Assembly (NCBI RefSeq): GCF_009914755.1
Contig: NC_060932.1
Strand: one strand, 5' to 3'
DNA from: the human T2T-CHM13v2.0 reference genome, Homo sapiens
Length of the DNA: 64,000 nt
Shown here in pieces: positions 60,811 through 64,000 of the stretch; position 1 is the first letter of the stretch, and the number at the start of each line of letters is the position of its first letter. A program made the position numbers and the translations under genes. The notes beneath the pieces were generated by a model, which saw only the letters and a list, made by a program, of their open reading frames with translations, was not told the origin of the DNA and did not search any database.

Positions 60811-61294
60811 TGAGGTAGGAGGCAGGACTAAACTCTGGAGGTGGGGCTCGGACATGGGACCTAATTGAAGACTAGCTAAAATAGGGCTGGGGTGAAGCTG
60901 CATTCCATGAGACATGCCCACCAGTGTGCCATGTTAGTTTACCATTGCCATGCCAATGCTCAGAAGTTACTGCCCCTTTCCATGGCAATGACCTGATGAC
61001 CTGTAAGTTATCATTCTTTTCCTAGAAATTTCTACAAAGCACACCCCTTAATTTGCATATAATTAAAAGTGGGTATAAATATGACTGCACAACTGCCCTT
61101 GAGCTGCTTCTCTGAGTACACTGCCTACAGGGTGGCCCTGCTCTGCAAAGAGCAGTACCTCTGCTTCTGTACACTGCCACTTCACTAAAAGTTGCTGTTT
61201 AACACCACTGGCTTACCCTTGTATTCTTTCCTGGGTGAAGCCAAGAACCCTCCTAGGCTAAGTCCCAATTTTGAGGCTCACCTGTCTTGCATCA
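60811..61294 (+). mobile_element. ERV1 solo LTR (MER66-like)
   Basis: tgaggtaggaggcaggact...tgtcttgcatca; TSD atga/atgg; internal ATTTGCAT and TATAAA. Confidence 0.7.
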
Positions 61295-62121
<827 letters not shown>

Positions 62122-62317
62122 CAGGGTTTTAATCAAAATTTTTGAAAAGTCTTTGATTTTTTTAAATTTCAAATCAATTTTTCATTCATTTGTTTATTCA
62201 CCAAATATTTATTGAATGACTACTATCTGGTAGGCACTAGAGATGAGATAAAGACTGGCCCCTGCCTTAATGATGTTAAAATTTTAATGGAGGAGAGTGG
62301 AAATAAACAAATAAATA

Positions 62318-63528
62318 CAGTCATGCATTGCTTAATGACAGGAATACATTCTCAGAAGTGTCCTTAGATGATTTTGTCATTGTGCGACTGTCATAGGTTA
62401 GTATAACTAACCTAGAAAGTATAGCCTACCACATGCCTAGGCTACATGGGATAGCCCATTGCAGCTAGGCTCCAAACCTGTAAAGCATATTATACTGAAT
62501 ACTGTCGGCAATTGTAACACAATGGTATTTATGTATCTAAATATATCTAAACATAAAAAAGGTAAAGTAAAAATATTGCATTAAAGATTTTTAAAATGAT
62601 GCTCCTGTATAGGACACATCACGAATAGAGCCTGCAGAACTGGAAGTTGCTCTGGGTGAGTCAGTGAGTGAGTGGTAAGTGAATGTGAAGGCCTAGAATA
62701 TTACTGTACACTACTGTAGACTTTATAAATACTGTACACATAGGCTACACTCAATTTATTTAAAAAATTATTTCTTCAATAATAAATTAAACTTAGCTTA
62801 CTGTAACTCTTTTGCTTTATAGACATAAAGTTTTAAAAATGTTTTGACTCTTTCATAATAACTATCAGCTTAAAACACACATTATGTAACTATACAAAAA
62901 TATTCTTCCTTTATATTTATTCTACAAAGCTTTTTCCTATTAAAACATATGTATATTTTTAACTTTTTATAGTTTTTTGTTAAAATCTAAGACACTAACA
63001 CACACATTAGCCTAGGCCTACCCAGGGTTGGGATTATCAACATCACTGTCTTCCACCTCCACATCTTGTCCCACTGGAAGGTCTTCAGGGGCAATAATAC
63101 TCATGGAGCTATTATCATCTAAGATAAAAATGCCTTCTTCTGGAATACCTCCTTACCTCTCAAAGGACTGGCCTGAGGCTGTTTCACAGTTGACTTTTTT
63201 TTTAATAAGTACAAGAAATATACTCTAAAATAATGGTGAAAAGTAGAGTATAGCAAATACATAGAGCAGTAACATAGTCATTTATGTAAATATAAAATAT
63301 GAACTGTACATAATTGTGTGTGGTGTACTTTAATACGACTGGCAGCACAGTAGGTTTGTTTACACTGGCGTCATCGTAAACACATGAGTAATGTGTTGCA
63401 CTATGACGTTCAGACGGCTACAACATCACTAGGAGACAGAAATTTTTCAGGTCCATTAAATCTTATGGGACCACTATGGTGTATGTGGTTCATTGCTGGC
63501 TGGAACGTGGTTATGCGGCACATGACTG
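62318..63528 (+). mobile_element. Tigger3b-like element inserted in L2
   Basis: TIRs cagtcatgcattgcttaatgac / gttatgcggcacatgactg; L2-like flanks on both sides. Confidence 0.85.
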
Positions 63529-63654
63529 TGCATGACATGACATAATATGACATAACAAGCTAGTGTTAGGTGCCATGAAGAAAAATAAAACAGGGAAGTG
63601 TATTAGAAAGTGGGATACAGAGGTCAGGGAAGCCTGCTTTAAGAAGATGGCATT

Positions 63655-63861
63655 GGGCTGGGCGCAGTGGCTCACACCTGTAATCACCAGCACTTTAAGA
63701 GGCCGAGGCCAAGGCCAGTGGATTGCTTGAGCCCAGGAGTTTTAGGCAACATGGTGAAACCTCATCTTTATGAAAAGTACAGAAATCAGCTGGTTGTGGT
63801 GGCACGCCTGGTGGACCCAGCTACTCCGGGGGAGGAGGTGGGAGGATCAACTTGGGCCCAA
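63655..63861 (+). mobile_element. Truncated, diverged Alu
   Basis: ggctgggcgcagtggctcacacctgtaatc..., ends mid right arm. Confidence 0.75.
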
Positions 63862-63864
63862 GTC

Positions 63865-64000
63865 AAACTCTTAGAAACAGAAAGTAGAACAGAGTTACTA
63901 GAGGTTAGAGAAAGAGACAAATAAGAGTTAGTGTTTAATGGGTATAAAGTTTCCATGTGGAGTGATGAAAAAGTGCTGGAAATAGTGGTGAAGGTTGTAC
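63865..64000 (+). mobile_element. L1M 3' end (runs off window)
   Basis: aaacagaaagtagaacagagttactagagg...gatgaaaaagtgctgg. Confidence 0.7.

Overview
Human (primate) genomic DNA containing the 5' end of PDE7A (cAMP-specific phosphodiesterase 7A) on the minus strand. The first coding exon (ATG 51181 to splice donor at 51044/51043; 46 codons, MEVCYQLPVLPLDRPVPQHVLSRRGAISFSSSSALFGCPNPRQLSQ) lies in a CpG-island promoter (~50.5-52.4 kb) carrying two perfect CREs, a CRE-like site, NRF1 and ETS motifs and a (GGC)10 repeat. Positions 1-51043 are intron 1 and ~52.4-64 kb is upstream flank. Both are dominated by interspersed repeats: Alus (including a consensus-like AluYa5), L1/L2/MIR, MaLR/ERV LTRs, an ERVL pol relic, and Tigger/Charlie/Blackjack DNA transposons. 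Almost all other ORFs in the track are repeat-derived or GC-rich noise. I do not see a genuinely new biological system. The best leads are a candidate in-frame 21-nt cryptic microexon followed by (UG)16, a possible polyglycine uORF across the GGC repeat, a ~70-bp locally templated insertion inside a DNA transposon, a duplication-generated octamer cluster, and a very young AluYa5. Repeat subfamily names are from recognition of consensus sequences by eye and need RepeatMasker/Dfam confirmation; boundaries of old repeats are approximate.
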